Assembly: GCA_951406725.2 (NCBI GenBank)
Contig: OX597823.1
Location: 73,036,001-73,100,000, forward strand
Length of the DNA: 64,000 bases
Reading direction: 5' to 3'
Source: Octopus vulgaris
Lineage: Eukaryota
A program made the translations under genes and the position numbers. Under the pieces are notes generated by a model. It was not told the DNA's origin, searched no databases, and saw nothing but the letters and a program-made list of their open reading frames with translations. Below are positions 12,916 to 27,779 of this stretch, one piece after another (position 1 is the first letter of the stretch; every line of letters starts with the position of its first letter).

Positions 12916-15900
12916 TTTTTCACGATTCGTCTGTAAACTTCTCTTGTTGCCTAGGGTGAAAAATACTTCCAATGTAAAAGCTTGTTTTGATCCTAAGGAA
13001 TAAACGCTTGGTGGGAAAAGTGAGAGATCCTATCAACAATCACAGAAAGAAATCACTTCGAACGCTACACACCAACTTTAATACCATAACCTAAGATAAG
13101 AAGTCACCTGTTCATTTCTAAATAAAATCATTTTGTTCTATGTCTACAATATTTTAAGCTGATGTTTTATAACTTATTAAAATATCTTTTTTTAATGAGA
13201 TTGAAAAATCAACAAATTTATTCTCACGACCTTTTTACGAAATGACAAATGATAAAATATTTCAGAGAAACTTACGACATAAAAACAATTTTTTTTTCAA
13301 TATATATCTGATTATGTGTTTCTGGAATGGTTTCTATTACAATTTTATTTCATTCTTTGCAATAACGTATGAGCTATTGATTATTGCAAAACAATTTTTC
13401 AACTTTTTAATACTATCGCTCACGTATAATTACTAAACTTTAATCTGCAGTAAAAGCAATTATATGTATATCAAACTGAATGATGGAACTTATGCTAATA
13501 TCGTACAAAGAATTTACATAAGTCGGAATGCTTACAATTCTTTCCAATGATAAATAAAATTACCATACAAAATGGTTACATAAATATTCATGCATTGTCG
13601 CTTAAAATAAATCATCGATACATATGTGCGTGTGTGCGTGCGTTTGTGTGTGGCTGTCTAAGTGTGTTTCGTGTTATTGTGTCTGTGTGTGTGTGCGTAT
13701 GAGTATGTGTAATGTTTGACACTTTCATGTAAGCACATAAAATGACGGTGATAAATTGAGCCGACGTCTGCTGGTCTGTTTTTAATCAGTGATATCTATT
13801 CCTATCTATAATTTAGTTATTATTGACTTCGAAGGAGCAGGAAATAGATGTTTACTATCATTCTGGTAGTTTTAAAAGAGATTAGTAAAAATAAGTAAAG
13901 CGAGGTCATTCTCATCATAACACGAAACCCGAAAAATAAATGCTGCCTCAGTTATTCTCAAAACAAGATATATCTTTATAGCCACCTAAGAAATGATATT
14001 CTTCTCTCATATCGAAATCTGCTTAATCTCTTTAAACGGAGAAACAGAGCTTCAGACGAGGCACAAAATACAATTCATAAAAAGTATTTATAACGCATAT
14101 GTGACAGTGAATATCCTACTCTAAACAAATATTACAAACTTCATAATAGCAACCATTAATGATAGGCACTTTTAACGTACTCGCGCGCGCTAATGCCTAT
14201 ATATTTATGCGAATTATAGAATGGATTAATTATTTTCACAATTGTAGAAAGCACAAATATTTTAATAGCTTCGATTCCTTAGTAGCCTTCATGTATTATG
14301 AAGTATCAAAACTTTGATCGCATTTAAAGACGTGCTTACAAAAACAATTCAAATAGAGTTTTTGATGCACCGGTGATTAGCTCGCAGAAGTGGGACGAAA
14401 ATTAACGATTCATAATATTATATTTCAACGGACGTGAACTTGACAGTGTTTATGGCTTTGTTTTTTACAGTATGCCTAGCGTAATGATTCATTGCGTAAT
14501 CATATCATTTTTAATATTCAGAATTTTTAAAAACTTTTCATGCCAGTATATCATAGACAAATAAATCGTGTTGCGATGAATTGACATGATTTTATGCAAC
14601 TCGTGTTTATGTCTACAGGCCGAACTAAATACTCTAGTGTCATCGTGATGTATTCCGTAAAAAACTTAACATGTTTAGAAGTTGTTTATGCATCCGGAAA
14701 TTATAATTTTTAGCACGCTATCAGTACCTTACCATTTAATTCGTGTGTTTACTTCCCTCGTTTTCGTGATCAGAAAGTGCCACTACCCTACCTATTTTAC
14801 TTCTTCTCTTTTTTGAGTCTACTGATCAATTAGCTTTTTGTTCTCACATTTCAAAATGCACTTACTGTATTTAAGACAATACAGCATTCATGTTTCACTT
14901 TGAGATACGTCCTTATATCTTTTATTGTGTTTTCAATAACTTCCTTAAGTGAATCTTCGAGTCTACATAATTGCACCTCCTACAAGCTCTTGTAATTTGT
15001 ATCCTTCGGATATAAAACTAAATTGAATTTACCTTTGTGAATTCAGGCCCCTCTAGTTCTCTGATCCAGTGTGACTGAACGTTGGTTTTGAGAACAAGTA
15101 TCATTTTCCAGCAAACGGCTCTCTACCTTGTCTAAGCCTATTGTATAGCTTTAAATATTTTGGAGTGTATAGAAAAGCACCGTGAACTGGGTTACCCCTA
15201 GCTGTATCTATTCTTTAACTTAAAAAACGTAATACGATCTGGGAGAGCCGCTGCGGTTTGATTGTAGTCAATGATTGTACTTTTAACAAATCAATATTCA
15301 ATACCCACCAAATTGTTGGGAAGTCATTTCAACACACTCCAGCCATCTACAACAGCCAAATACACTACTTGGGCGTGTACCTAGAATGCATTACGTCTAG
15401 GATCTCTTACTAACACTTATGTTCCTAAGAAAATTTTCAGAAATCCGAAGAAATCCGAAGAAATCTAGCACTCGATCCCTGTCGGATCATGAATAGAGAC
15501 AAGACTCTCTGCATACTCTATAGAGCAGCAAGCATGTAAGAAAGGCTAGACCATGACCAAATCGGATTGAAACAGTTCGTCTATCATCTCCCATTTGTTG
15601 CCTACTGTGAAAAATAGCTATAATGTCCAAATTAGTTCTAAATAAAGTCATATTCTGTTTACTAGAACATATTTCGACTTCTCATGAAAAGTTATCACTT
15701 ATTAAAAAAAATTTAATTATTTCCAGTGCATTTGTAACAATCCGCCGCTACAGATACGCAACCCAATTTTGTAATTAAATTGTGTAAATGACATGTATCT
15801 AATTGGAGCTTATTAAATAAACACACATTATTAACCAGATGTGAAAACAGTTTTATTATTTGATTTGGCACTATTATTGAACATATTATATTATCTTTTT

Positions 15901-16149
15901 TGTCCTTGAAAGTTTTTAATTCTGAAAATAGTTTTTGAAATTAATTGAAACAGAGAGGTGCAAAGTAAATCACATATGGAAGTAAAACCATACATTTACT
16001 TGGGCAAACGGAGAGGCTACAGTAATCTCAATCATTCGCGCATTGGAAATACATTACACAGTAATAAAGAAAGTATACTGTCACGACAAATACCATTTCA
16101 CTTGATATTAGATCTGTACCAGTTATATCTTTGACAATTCTGCATGTTG

Positions 16150-17800
16150 TCATATCAGTGTCTTTCAAATCTTGGCTCTAAAATAACCATTAGTAAAGCA
16201 TTGTTCTTCAAATACAGTATATTAACTGGCAATGGAATTGATTGAGCGGCAAAGCAAATCTGGAAACTAACAGCTTTTAAATCGAAAAGTCAAACTTGAT
16301 GGTATGAGTGGTGTTCTGGGGTGTACTACATGAAATGTCTTGATAACATGTTATAATCTTCTTAGTCATTAATCATTTGGCATAGCATAGCCCTTAATTG
16401 ATCTAAAATGCACAGCAATATTATACAGAATACTTCCCTTGGTCAGAAGATTGTGTAATAGAGGACCCAAATGTTCCATGAATTTTAAAATTCCACAGGA
16501 TATTGATATATTTCTTTGTAGCCCGCAATACTGAACTGCTAAAGATCTCTAGATATGGAAATTTTCTTGAAGTGCTTGGAACAAAATCTGTTTCATGATG
16601 TTTGTCAATATATGGTTGTCAGTATATGTTGCAGAAAGTCTCAAATTTTAATTCGCCAAGTATTTTAACTATAGGGATAATACAAGCAGCATGTAGTGCC
16701 ATTTCTATCGAAATGATATATCCCATCCACTTAACACTCATTGTTATGCAAGTTCTGAAATATTTTGTGCAAAATTGTGCATTCATGTCAGACAATCTGT
16801 TAAGAAATATGTTTCTGAATTCTTGATAATATTGCAAGCAGATGCAAAATTTCCGCCTAAGGTCAAATGAACCATGAAAGCAAAATCCTGTATATGAACC
16901 TAGAACTGATTGTGACGACAATAGCTGAATATACAGCAGCAGCATTTATGCATTTATGTTGATAAACTTGGGACAACAATAGACTGAAAAAGCATTTATT
17001 TTCGCTGTACATGAACATTAAAAAGGTAAATCCCCGCTTCTTGTTGTCAAACGCTGGGTGATCTGTCGTTGGCCTATGATATTAATGTGTCAAAATTACA
17101 TGATGCATCTGCGGGAAGATTATTGACGTTAGTACGATTACGTTGAGAGAGGCAGTACTTCTGAATTTCTAGGTTACTCACATCCTTTTGTCAACGAGGC
17201 ATGCACTTTCGATTTTTCTGTAAACTTAATCTTATTGCTCGGGAACATCCGTTGAGCTTGACCCTTTAAAGCTGCGGCAAAGTTTGCGATGCTTAAGCCA
17301 ATACAGAATAAGATTAGATGTTTTATAGCCTATGAACATCATTGTGATAAAAATCTTAAGTTTCTTGGATGTTTGAAATGCAGGTACTTCTGATGAAGTC
17401 GTATCCCACTGAGTAATACTCTCCAACAATCAAACTGTAGTGCATGTCATTCTTTGTAGGTGGTGCACACTTCTATGTCATTGAATATTCGAAGATATTG
17501 AACTTAACTTCAAGTTAGTGTTTTATGATGATATATTGGAAAGAGGCATTCATATTGAGTGGCATATACAAATATATATTCTTTCCTGATAGTACATTCA
17601 AACCATTATCTTGATTCTCAAATCAATCACATTGCTCTCTAATTCTGCTCTACTCCATATTCCAAATATATTAGGTCAAAGTCTGATGGTACAGAAATGT
17701 TTTTGGAAAGAGATCTTGCTGGCACATCTTCAAAACTGTTTAACGCCAGTATCTTTGGATTTCTGCTTGCTGTGCAGCAGATGTGTGAATAATGTCAACG
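16150..17800 (-). mobile_element. Decayed Helitron RepHel / PIF1 helicase coding remnant
   Basis: Manual minus-strand translation gives PRTPLIPSSLTFRFKSC*FP then CFA/SIN near 16230-16320 (IPRIPLIPSDxPFxFKRxQFP..FAMSINK motif), LGGNF near 16850 (GGDFRQ), and VCTTYKE...LLESITQWDTT near 17400-17470; many stops and frameshifts. Confidence 0.75.
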
Positions 17801-18356
17801 TGCTAGCCGTTTTCGAAGCGGACAGAAAAAGTATTGAATATTAAGGAATATTCATGTATGAGTAAAACGAAAACACGCAAGGAATTTATTTACGGTTGAT
17901 TTGCTGTTCTAGGACCACATTGCGAAATCAGTTATATTTTGAAATATTTTGCTTAGAATTTACTGAATTGCTGAACCATAACTCAAAATTGATGCGGTCA
18001 TTAAATAACTGCGTGAAGACAACGCAATAGAGAACTATGCCTCTGTTGTCGATTTCATGCGGTCCAGCGAAGGCTCGGAACCCGACGTCTATGAGACAGA
18101 TAACCATCTCGCCTGTCTGACGTGATTGCTATCTATGAATTATCACCATTTTAACAGTACTGACGACTTGCGCTTTCTCCCTGCACAATCAGCATTACAT
18201 TGAACGAATCTTGTGTTTAAAATGATGCATTGCTAAAGAGAAGCATTTAGTGAATGAAAGAGAGAAAAGAAATAATATTCCCGAGCGTCAAAAAACGTTC
18301 AATGAGGAGTAGAAAGAAGGAAAAAGAATAATAAAATTAAAAATGATACCAACAAC

Positions 18357-18554
18357 AAGGCATGTCAGTGTGGTAAGAAGCTTTCTTCGCGACTGCATGA
18401 TTCTGGGCTAAATCCCTCTGCGTGGCATCTTATGCATGTGTCTTCTACTATAGCCTCGACCCGACCAACGCCTTGTGAGTAGACTTGGTAACCGAAAACT
18501 GAAAGAAATTCGTCGTATATAAGTATGTGTGTGTGCATGTGTGTGCGTGTGTGT

Positions 18555-18594
<40 letters not shown>

Positions 18595-18808
18595 CTGTGC
18601 TTGTCCCACCACCACCGTTTGACAAACGGTGCAGGTATGTTCACGTTCCTGTAACCTAGCGGTTCAGCAAAGGAGACGATAGAATAAGTACCAGGCTCTG
18701 AAAAATGAAAATGAGTGCTGGGCTCGACATATTCGATTAAAAATTCTTTAAAGTAGTGCCCCAGCATGGCCACAGTCAAATGACTGAAACAAGTAAAAGG
18801 ATAAAAGA
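18357..18808 (+). mobile_element. SINE family B copy with internal (TG)n
   Basis: Full head, body and tail; tail GTGCCCCAGCATGGCCACAGTCAAATGACTGAAACAAGTAAAAG. Confidence 0.85.
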
Positions 18809-19169
18809 ACAACAAAAGCTACAACAGCAACAATAGCCTTACTAACTATAAATTCTCTTCTGCCTCACAGCTGTTCGAAAGAACAAGTGATGGCGTTCCT
18901 AAGATTACCCTCAACTAAACACGTGATTAAACCAACAACAAGCAACACTGACAGTAACTATCACACCAACAACCAATGAACTAACCATCATGAGGTTCAT
19001 TAATTTCAAAAGAAACAAGATTGAGCTGGCATTAGAGTAAGAAAGAAAGAGAAAGTAGGGAGGAGGCGTCCGTACATCACAAAAATCGTTACAGATTCAG
19101 ACCCATTACGAATAACATTCGCATCATAGATCTGGTTTCATAAGTGACTAGCTTCTTGAGGCTTCTATA

Positions 19170-19695
19170 TATTGTGTCATCTCATAAATAATGTGGTTTT
19201 TTATACTTTCATTCTTCAAAGTTAAGATAAACAAAATTCTTTTTTAATCTAAAATATACTCTCCTCCATTTTCAACAATGCTCTTCCATCTCTCTGGTAG
19301 AGTTTCAAGGTATCTCTTCTAAGATTGACTTGTTCGTGGCAAAAAATACTCCTCCAATACTGTTTTGACCTAGTCCACAGAAATCATACTTTTTTCCGTT
19401 CAAATGATTTTGAAGACTGCGGAATAAATGATAATCCGGCGAATATAGTATGTGGAGCATCGTTTCCCATTAAAACTGCTCCAGCCTTTGGAATGTCATC
19501 CTCGCTGCATGTAGCCTGATAGAAGAACACTTTTCATCTTGAAACCAAAGATGGTCCCTTTCCGATGGCAAATCCAAGCTTCTCTGCTAGTTCTTTAACA
19601 GTTACGATGGGATTTTGTTCTACCAGGTTTTGCAGGATGCCCTCGTCGATCTCTGCAGGTCTTCCGGGACGAGGCTGGTCTTCTAGGAAATAGTT
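19170..19695 (-). mobile_element. mariner transposase remnant (internally deleted)
   Basis: Minus strand LEDQPRPGRP and LVEQNPIVTVKELAEKLGF, plus a C-terminal LPERWKSIVENGGEYILD. Confidence 0.7.
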
Positions 19696-20346
19696 CTATA
19701 CTATCACGTGCCACCTCCCACTTTAGCTCATGTTAATGTTGTTATTGTTGTTGTATCTTATTGCTGTTATGTAGGTGTAATGGCATGTTTGGTTGTTCGT
19801 AATTTTATGGACGTCATCAATTTCTTGATCTTCTTCCGAACAGCAGCTAAGTTGAGGAGGGCTCAGTAGTCGATATTGATTTGTTTCGGTTTTTGTCTCT
19901 GCTGCTATTGTTATTTTCATTATTGTTAGTCTTTTAATTCTTGCTGAGTTTGGGTCCTAGTGTGTCTGTTATTGGAGATTTTTGCCGTCGTTGCAATTTT
20001 TGTTGATGCTGTTGTTTTTATTTTTCTTTCGCATTTCATCTTTTGACCTACCAACCTTTCAGGTTTTCAGAATTGGTATGTTAACTCGATCATATGGAGA
20101 TTTCTGTATTCATATCAACCGCTGGATGTTGAGTTCAAGAAAGGTAAATACATCTGTATGTCCATATGAGCGTCATCTTTCTTGTCGTTTGATTGTTCCT
20201 CTTATTTAAGAAAGTTATAAGACAGATATTTTGATACGATACTATATGTATGTTTGTCCTTATTAGTAGACGTTTTAGTTCTGTATCCTTGTTGTTTGCG
20301 ATGATCTAGTTAACTATTCGTTTGTCAATATTCTGAAAGTGTAAGA

Positions 20347-20560
20347 TTGCGGGCTGGCAGAATTGTTAGCACACCGGACAAAATGTTTGGCAGCATTTCG
20401 TCCGTCTTTACGTGTTGTGCTCAAACCCCGCCGAGGTCTACTTTACCGTTCATCCTTTCGAGATCGATAAAACAAATACAAGTTGAACACTGGGGTCGAT
20501 GTAATCTACTTACCCCTCCTTCAAAATTGCTGGCCTCATGCCAAAATTTGAATTTCTAAG
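20347..20560 (+). mobile_element. SINE family A-related copy (diverged, different tail)
   Basis: GCTGGCAGAATTGTTAGCAC...CGCCGAGGTC...TTCATCCTTTCG...CTGGGGTCGAT. Confidence 0.7.
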
Positions 20561-21174
20561 AGTGTGTCAGGGTTGTTTTGTTGTATTTTATTTTGATTAT
20601 TTTGATTATTTTTATCTATATCCTTTCTTATTTCTTCAGCTGCTGGTTATATTTTCATTGGTTGTGTTTTTGCTATGCATTTTTTATTTCTGATTTTTCC
20701 TATGCATTTTTCTCGATTCCTCATTTTTTTTCTCTGACATTTCAATTATATCATTTTAACATTGCTTGCGGTTTAATACTTGAATACTATTTTTAGTTTT
20801 CCAATGTGAACCGCTTAAATCCTATATTATCGTCCTTTTTTGATGAGAAGTGTATTGTGAAGGTGTAAAGTATGCATGCAGATGAAAAACTTATTTCCCG
20901 TATGCCCATTTATGGCTTACGTTGATTATTATTTGTGAGGCTTATGAGATTAAGCCCCTGATTTATTTATATTGCTACATTTTCCATTGGGTGTCGGCTT
21001 ATTTGATTCTGGAAAGGTCGAGATGACTTAATGGAATATTTATTGTATTTATATGTATCATGTTTAAAGCATGCATTCCCTTCGGGTGAATGACGCAATT
21101 TTTATTTGAATAGTTTCTCTACTCTTAGTGGAGTGGACATATACGTATATAGGGTGTTTACACGTAATGTACAC

Positions 21175-21365
21175 CATGCATCTTTACACTAGGAATATTT
21201 ATTATACATTAATTAAAGGCCCGAAAGACCTATAACTTTTAAATGTATTACGCGTTTATTCTGCGAAGTATTTGTCCATTTTTCAATTTTCCGCATTCTA
21301 ATTACTGTTAATAAACAGGATTCTAAACAATCAAATAGCATTCACGTATGGAGACTTATTATTAG
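21175..21365 (+). repeat. Unclassified ~200-bp dispersed repeat, copy 2
   Basis: Homologous to 12718-12915. Confidence 0.75.
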
Positions 21366-23007
21366 AATTTTTAATGTTTTAGTATTTAATGGTATTTCAT
21401 CTTGGTGTTGTTACAATGTTCTTTAGTAGTGCTAATTTATAAATGACTCCTATACAAAAATACAAAAGAAAAAGCTTGGAAAAGTCAGAATATTATATTC
21501 ATTTTTAGTACATAATACGTATTTTGTATTTTCTCTTATATTGGTATTACTTAACAATAAATATATTTTGATCCAGGTGGATTTTTAGATCGTCAAAATA
21601 TCAAATATTCTCCATAACATTCATTTCTTTGTCGAATTCTTTACTTCATTTAAGTATACCCAAAATGTATTTTATTGATTTAATGACTAACAAAAGAGAT
21701 CTATATATACGGCAGGAACAACAAAATCTTCCTGGTGGCGGAGTATTGATGCAGCTGCGTAGTTCAAAGTTATTAGATGGCGGTTGAGCTATCCAGACTT
21801 TTAAATATAAAAGCATGAGAAAGCTAGAAGAAAGCTGTTTTTGTTCATATAAACGGCAATAACATAGACATTGTAAAGAAGAGAAATATAATGATATTCA
21901 AGTAAAGAACCTGCATAAACCTATAAACTTATACTACATGTTCTGGGAATTCAAAAGACCAAAGTGATAGACTGTAAAATGCACACTTTCACACACAAGT
22001 GCATGTATATACTTATATATAGAAACACATACTTCAAACGTATACACACATACACACAAACACACACACACACACGCACACAGACACACACACACACGCA
22101 CGCACACACACACACACATATATATATATATGCGTGTGTGTGAACTTCTGTGTGAATGAGTGTGTGCATGTGTGAATGGATGCAGGTATGCATATACATA
22201 TATATATATATGTAAATGCATCTATACATATGGCGTTGTAGTTATTTATCCCATTATAGATCATGTGTGATATTATATATAATGTTAGATATTTAATATT
22301 TTATTTGCCGCATAACATCACACGAAAGCTACGCAACGTGCCACAATTTTATGTGTAATGAAATTTCCATTTAACGTACAAAGAAAAGTTTTGACATTTT
22401 ATATTATACAATTCTTTTAAAAAACCCATACGGACTGTTTGCAGACATTTCTATGAAATTCATGATCATATTCAAGAGCGTCTCGCTGGGATAAGAGACA
22501 GAGCCCACGAGATTGATTATCATTAGGGCTTAAGGCCAAAGAATAGGGATGGCCTGAATGCTTCCAAAGAAACTGCAAACTAAAAAACACGTTAGTTATA
22601 TTCAGCTAAATGTACCAAGATGTCTGCTGGGCTGAAGGTATAAGACATTCAGTCTAGCACGTAGATTTAACCGCTACATTATATAATACATTGGATTATC
22701 AGAGCCAAAACAACTTCATGGAGAATGGCACTAGGCTGCCAAATGGTTTAGTCCCGTGGAAAGAGTCCCAGAAGCTGGTGATTTTCAAGTTTCAAATCTT
22801 CAGTACGCTTGCTCTACATAGGAGGCATAAAAGTGGATATGTCGATACCCACGGTTTTTCGAAACGGTTTTTCTAGATTTTTTTCTTTGTTTGTTAGACG
22901 TTACGTGACCTTCTGTTCAGGAACTTTAACATACTTTGAATCAATAACACCTCTCTCTCTCTTTCTCTCTCTCATTCTCGCTGTTTTCCTTCATCCTACA
23001 CACACAC

Positions 23008-23039
<32 letters not shown>

Positions 23040-23059
23040 ATATTGTGTGTGTGTGTGTA

Positions 23060-23135
<76 letters not shown>

Positions 23136-23609
23136 AGATGAAAAGTTTTAATTAAATTGAAAACAAGTTCAGTTCAATGTTTCAGACTAACTTCATTTGA
23201 TTAAATTTCCTGACCGTATGTGCGTGCGTGTATGTGTGCGTGTGAGCGAGTATGCTTGTGTGTGAGAGTGTAAGTGTCCCTATGTACAAAGGTAAAATCA
23301 TATGTATGCGTATATGATTCATATGTATGGAAATATATGAAAAATGGTGTAATGAATCTATGTAATGAAGCCACAATATTCAATTTTCTCTTGGCATTAT
23401 GAATCTATTTAATGAAGTCAAAATATTCATATTTTTCTTGAACATGTTCTTAATAAATAACAGAAATAATTTATAATGAACGCCAACTGTTGACCATAAA
23501 TCCATGCCCAAAGAATGAAACGGAAATTTAGTTGCAACAAATGCCTAGCTATGAAATCTATCAAAAAAAAAGAATTAAACACGATATCTATTCTTTCAAG
23601 ATATGTGTT

Positions 23610-23837
23610 TCCTTACTACCCACAAGGGGCTAAACACAGAGGGAACAAACAAGGACAGACACACGGATTAAGTCGATTATATCGACCCCAGTGCGTAACT
23701 GGTACTTAATTTATCGACCTCGACAGGATGAAAGGCAAAGTCGACCTCGGCGGAATTTGAACTCAGAACGTAACAGCAGACGAAATACAGCTACGCATTT
23801 CGCCCGGCGTGCTAACGTTTCTACCAGCTCGCCGCCT
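23610..23837 (-). mobile_element. SINE family A copy
   Basis: Reverse complement of 3411-3640. Confidence 0.85.
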
Positions 23838-24872
23838 TCTTTCAAGATATGGGTTATATCTCCAGCTATAACTGAGTAGCAGCAACTGTTGACTCTTTTA
23901 AATCTAAACAGAATATATAAATTGTATAAACACGCACGAAATCTGATGTGAGAATAGCTGGACTATAATAATGTAGAACATGCCTGCCCAAGCCGAAAAA
24001 AAGATCAGACTGAAACATCAAACGCACAAACAAAACAAAACTTATGTGCGACGTCGTTATATTGATCAATTCTGACCCAATCATCGCCTGCGTGGTAGTC
24101 AAATGTTATTAGCATACATGAGCTAGACATGGAAATGAATAAGATGAAAGTAACCATTGTAACGTATTATAAAACTATCATGGACGAAAGCATTGATACT
24201 ATATCGAGCTGATAACATTATAGACAGTCTAAACACTATTTTTGTAAAGCACAGTAGACATTTTCATCCAAAACGTTGTCGATTTACATTTCCACAATTA
24301 CAGCGACATCTTGCATGTATGAAAATACAAAACCGATTGCCCACATCTAAAATCTTACTACCTTTTACTGCACTGCTAGCTGCACCTCCGTGTCTCCGAT
24401 ATGTATGTCAATGTATATTCAGAGTGTATCATGCTGAGTATACACAACACCGGTTTTAGATTAATGTATAGTTTGTTTCGTGGTTTTAGTTTTCTTTAAT
24501 CGATATTTATTTTCTGACACAACGATGTATGCTGGTGATTATGTAAAGTATGCATTGTCTATAATTTTCATAACTGCTTAATGCAGAGAAGGATCTTGAT
24601 TTACTGATGCTGAGCTTTAGAGGACTTCTAATATGTTTTGTGTTACCTGCACCATTTTTCAACATTTACGTTACATAGTTGTTTTGTATCAATAGCCTCA
24701 ATAGTTGTCTTCGACTTCAAAATATATAAATATAAATGAACTTCAAAAACGTAGAAACTGTCCGCATCTCGAAATCAATAAATCTTCCGTGAAAAATCTC
24801 TGATAATTTTTAAAACAGTTTGCCATTCGCATGTATAATGATATGTCTTCTTTTCCAGTAGACTGTACTGTG

Positions 24873-25770
24873 ATACGAGTGTGGACTGAAAAGCTCAAAG
24901 GTGGACTATGGGAAAGTTATGTTAGCACTGTGAATTCTTGCATGCATGCATAATTTTACATTTTCATATGAATAACCGCACTGGTTTCTTCCAGGTCATA
25001 TATGACTATTCAAAGAAGATTTCAAAATTACCTAGTAGAGACTACTCTTGAAAATGAACAAATGGACAAAATGGTCGAGTTATCAAATATCTGCAGAAAA
25101 GAAAGCTTACCCCTACATAAAATCATGGTTGCTACAGTAGAGCATGACGCTCCAGCTTCATCAACAATGTAAATCAGGGGAAAGTGAATTTAGGAGGGGA
25201 GGATAGAAGATGACCGAAGATCTAGATACTCTACAACTGACACCACCGAGGCAAACATTAATCGTGTTCACATGAAAATGGATGACAAACGATTGATTAT
25301 AAATTAAACACCCTTTGCTAAATGCATATCTCGTGGGAGAATTCATAATATTTTGCCCAACGAATCTGGCATGATGGAGGTTTCTTGCTCGGTGGAAACC
25401 AAGTCCTCTGACACCTGATAAAATGTACGCCAGGTGAATCACATTACGGCAAAATCTGACATTATTTGAAGCAGCTCCGACTAGTTTCGTTGAAAGTTTC
25501 CAAAGTCAGAATGAGTGTTGGCTTTATAATTTTGAGTCAGAGAGAAAGAGACAATATATGTAGTGGAGACAACCCTCCTCACTTGGTTCAAAAAGGCCAA
25601 ATACATTTCAGTAGCAGCGAATGTGACAGCCGCAGTTTTGGGGGTGCAAAACGCATTGTGATTATTGAGTATGTTCAAAATAGCCTCACCGTCGATGGAG
25701 AGTACTATGCCAACTTGCTGAGGCATTTACGAAAGGATATGAAGACCAAACAACCAGAAAACTGACGAAC
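24873..25770 (+). mobile_element. mariner transposase remnant
   Basis: TACGAG TIR-like start; decayed ARW.P..LTP and AAVLG..KRIVIIEYVQNSLTVDGEYYANLLRHLRK motifs. Confidence 0.7.
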
Positions 25771-27632
25771 ATATGAGATTGAATAAAAGGCCTTTTTATA
25801 ATCATCCTAAGCACATGACAGGCACGTTCATGCACTTTCACAACATTCTCTTCTGTTAGTTGATCTACATATCCTGGACACAGACCCATCTTTACAAGGG
25901 GATTTATATGCCTATTGATCCTTATGAATATTATTTTCGGGAACAGTTTATAAATTATGAGAGAAAATTCATTGTTTTCTTGTCTTGATTTTTGTCGTTG
26001 TTTTTTGTTTTGTACACGGAATTATCATTTAGATTCTTGGATTCTCTTGTGTAGGAGTATTTTACTAGAATGTTTTATGGCGTTACAATATGTCAAATGA
26101 CGAAGGCAAGCATGTTAGATATTTCCAGTTCCCAGTGCTGTATACATCATGTTCTAAATAAAATATCAAAAACTTTGGCGAGATTGTCAAGCATTTCAAG
26201 AGTCAGAACCTTTCAAAAATGGCAGAATCTTTCAAACAACACTCCGCTGCTTCTATGTTGATGACACTTTAAATGATTTAGTCCTGAGTACATTCATTTT
26301 AATGAGACAGAATCTACATGACTAGAATGTCTTTGTGTGTGTTTAATCAAAGATTGTTAGGCTTAATCCTCGAGAACATAGCATGAGCATAGGAATAGAA
26401 CAGCTTTATGTATGTATGTATGTATGTATGTATGTATGTATGTATGTATGTATGTATGCATGTATGCATGTATGCATGTATACATGTATGTATGTATGTA
26501 TATATGTATGCATGTATGTATATAAATAAACTTTTACATGGATGAACACAGAAAGACATATCACAGACACCAAGATATGTACACTTGGAAACAAAGAAGG
26601 AAAAGGTCACGTCTGAAGAATTACCAGTTAAAATTAAGAGAGTCAACGCTCGTAATTGTGAGTCGGTGCTTGTAGAAGTCCATATTCAGAAAAGAACAAA
26701 AATATCTGTATAAACTATCACAATCTTAAAAAACAAAACAAAAAAAAAAGGATAACTTAAAGAATAACAGAGTTGTGTTAAGTGTAAAGGGGTAGATTCA
26801 TTGCAAAGGAAGAAGAGGTTCGGTGTTGTGTAAGACTAGTCTGCTGATTGAGTGTGTGATACGCCAAGTAGGTGACAAAGTGAGGACACAGACGGTAACT
26901 GTGAACTATTTTCAGCCAGTTATAAATACAGAATATTCAAACGGTTTAGTGTCTCTTTTCCATCATGGTTACTTCAGCTATTGACTCCCCTCCACTGTAC
27001 ACCTGGTCATGTCTTTCCTATATGCTTCTTACATTATTCAGTTCTATTGTTCTATCAACACCCACAGATTACTTCAAAAAGTACTTCATACCGAAACGTC
27101 AGAACTGAGCAGGCTTTAAACTCCAGGATTTATCCGTTTTGTAGATTTTATTGGGGCTCTAACAATATCTTGAATACAGGGGCTTTTCCTGACATGAAAA
27201 GCAAATTCCCATTTCAAATATCGACCAGTTCAGCATCTTCTGCTACATGAATAAAGAATGCTACACGAATGCATGAATAGAAATATTTATATGAATATAA
27301 ATATGAATTTACATGAATACAACTATTTATATGAATAAATACAAATGCTTATATGGCATCGGTGCAATAATAAACTTAAGTTAACTTCAAAGTGTCCGAA
27401 ACCGTATAATATTGACCAGCTTTGAACTGCTTACTAAATGCTTCGAATAGGGAATATTTTAAATTGTCTATTGGAAGCGTATAATATGGTCCTAGCGGAA
27501 AGCACCTACTCGCGTTCTAATGTTCGGAATAATTATTTTGTATTTATACCTAAAGATAATGTAACAATCCCGTCTCTGAAAGGGCTGACGAAATGCATAA
27601 GAAGTGTAACTGAGATATATTTACATATGTGC

Positions 27633-27695
<63 letters not shown>

Positions 27696-27745
27696 GTATA
27701 TATATAGATAGATAGATAAATAGATAGATAGGTAAATTGATTGAG

Positions 27746-27779
<34 letters not shown>

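Noticed and set aside
15050-15600. Faint RTE-like LINE motifs (FKYFG, LGRVPRM)
   Set aside because: Too decayed to call by eye.
16619-16945. LGSYT motif suggesting an endogenous RNA-virus L protein
   Set aside because: Other frames give ordered Helitron helicase motifs, which explain the region better.
27500-27606. GAAATGCATA (palindromic helix III-like) motif
   Set aside because: No CUGANGA core with matching helices upstream.
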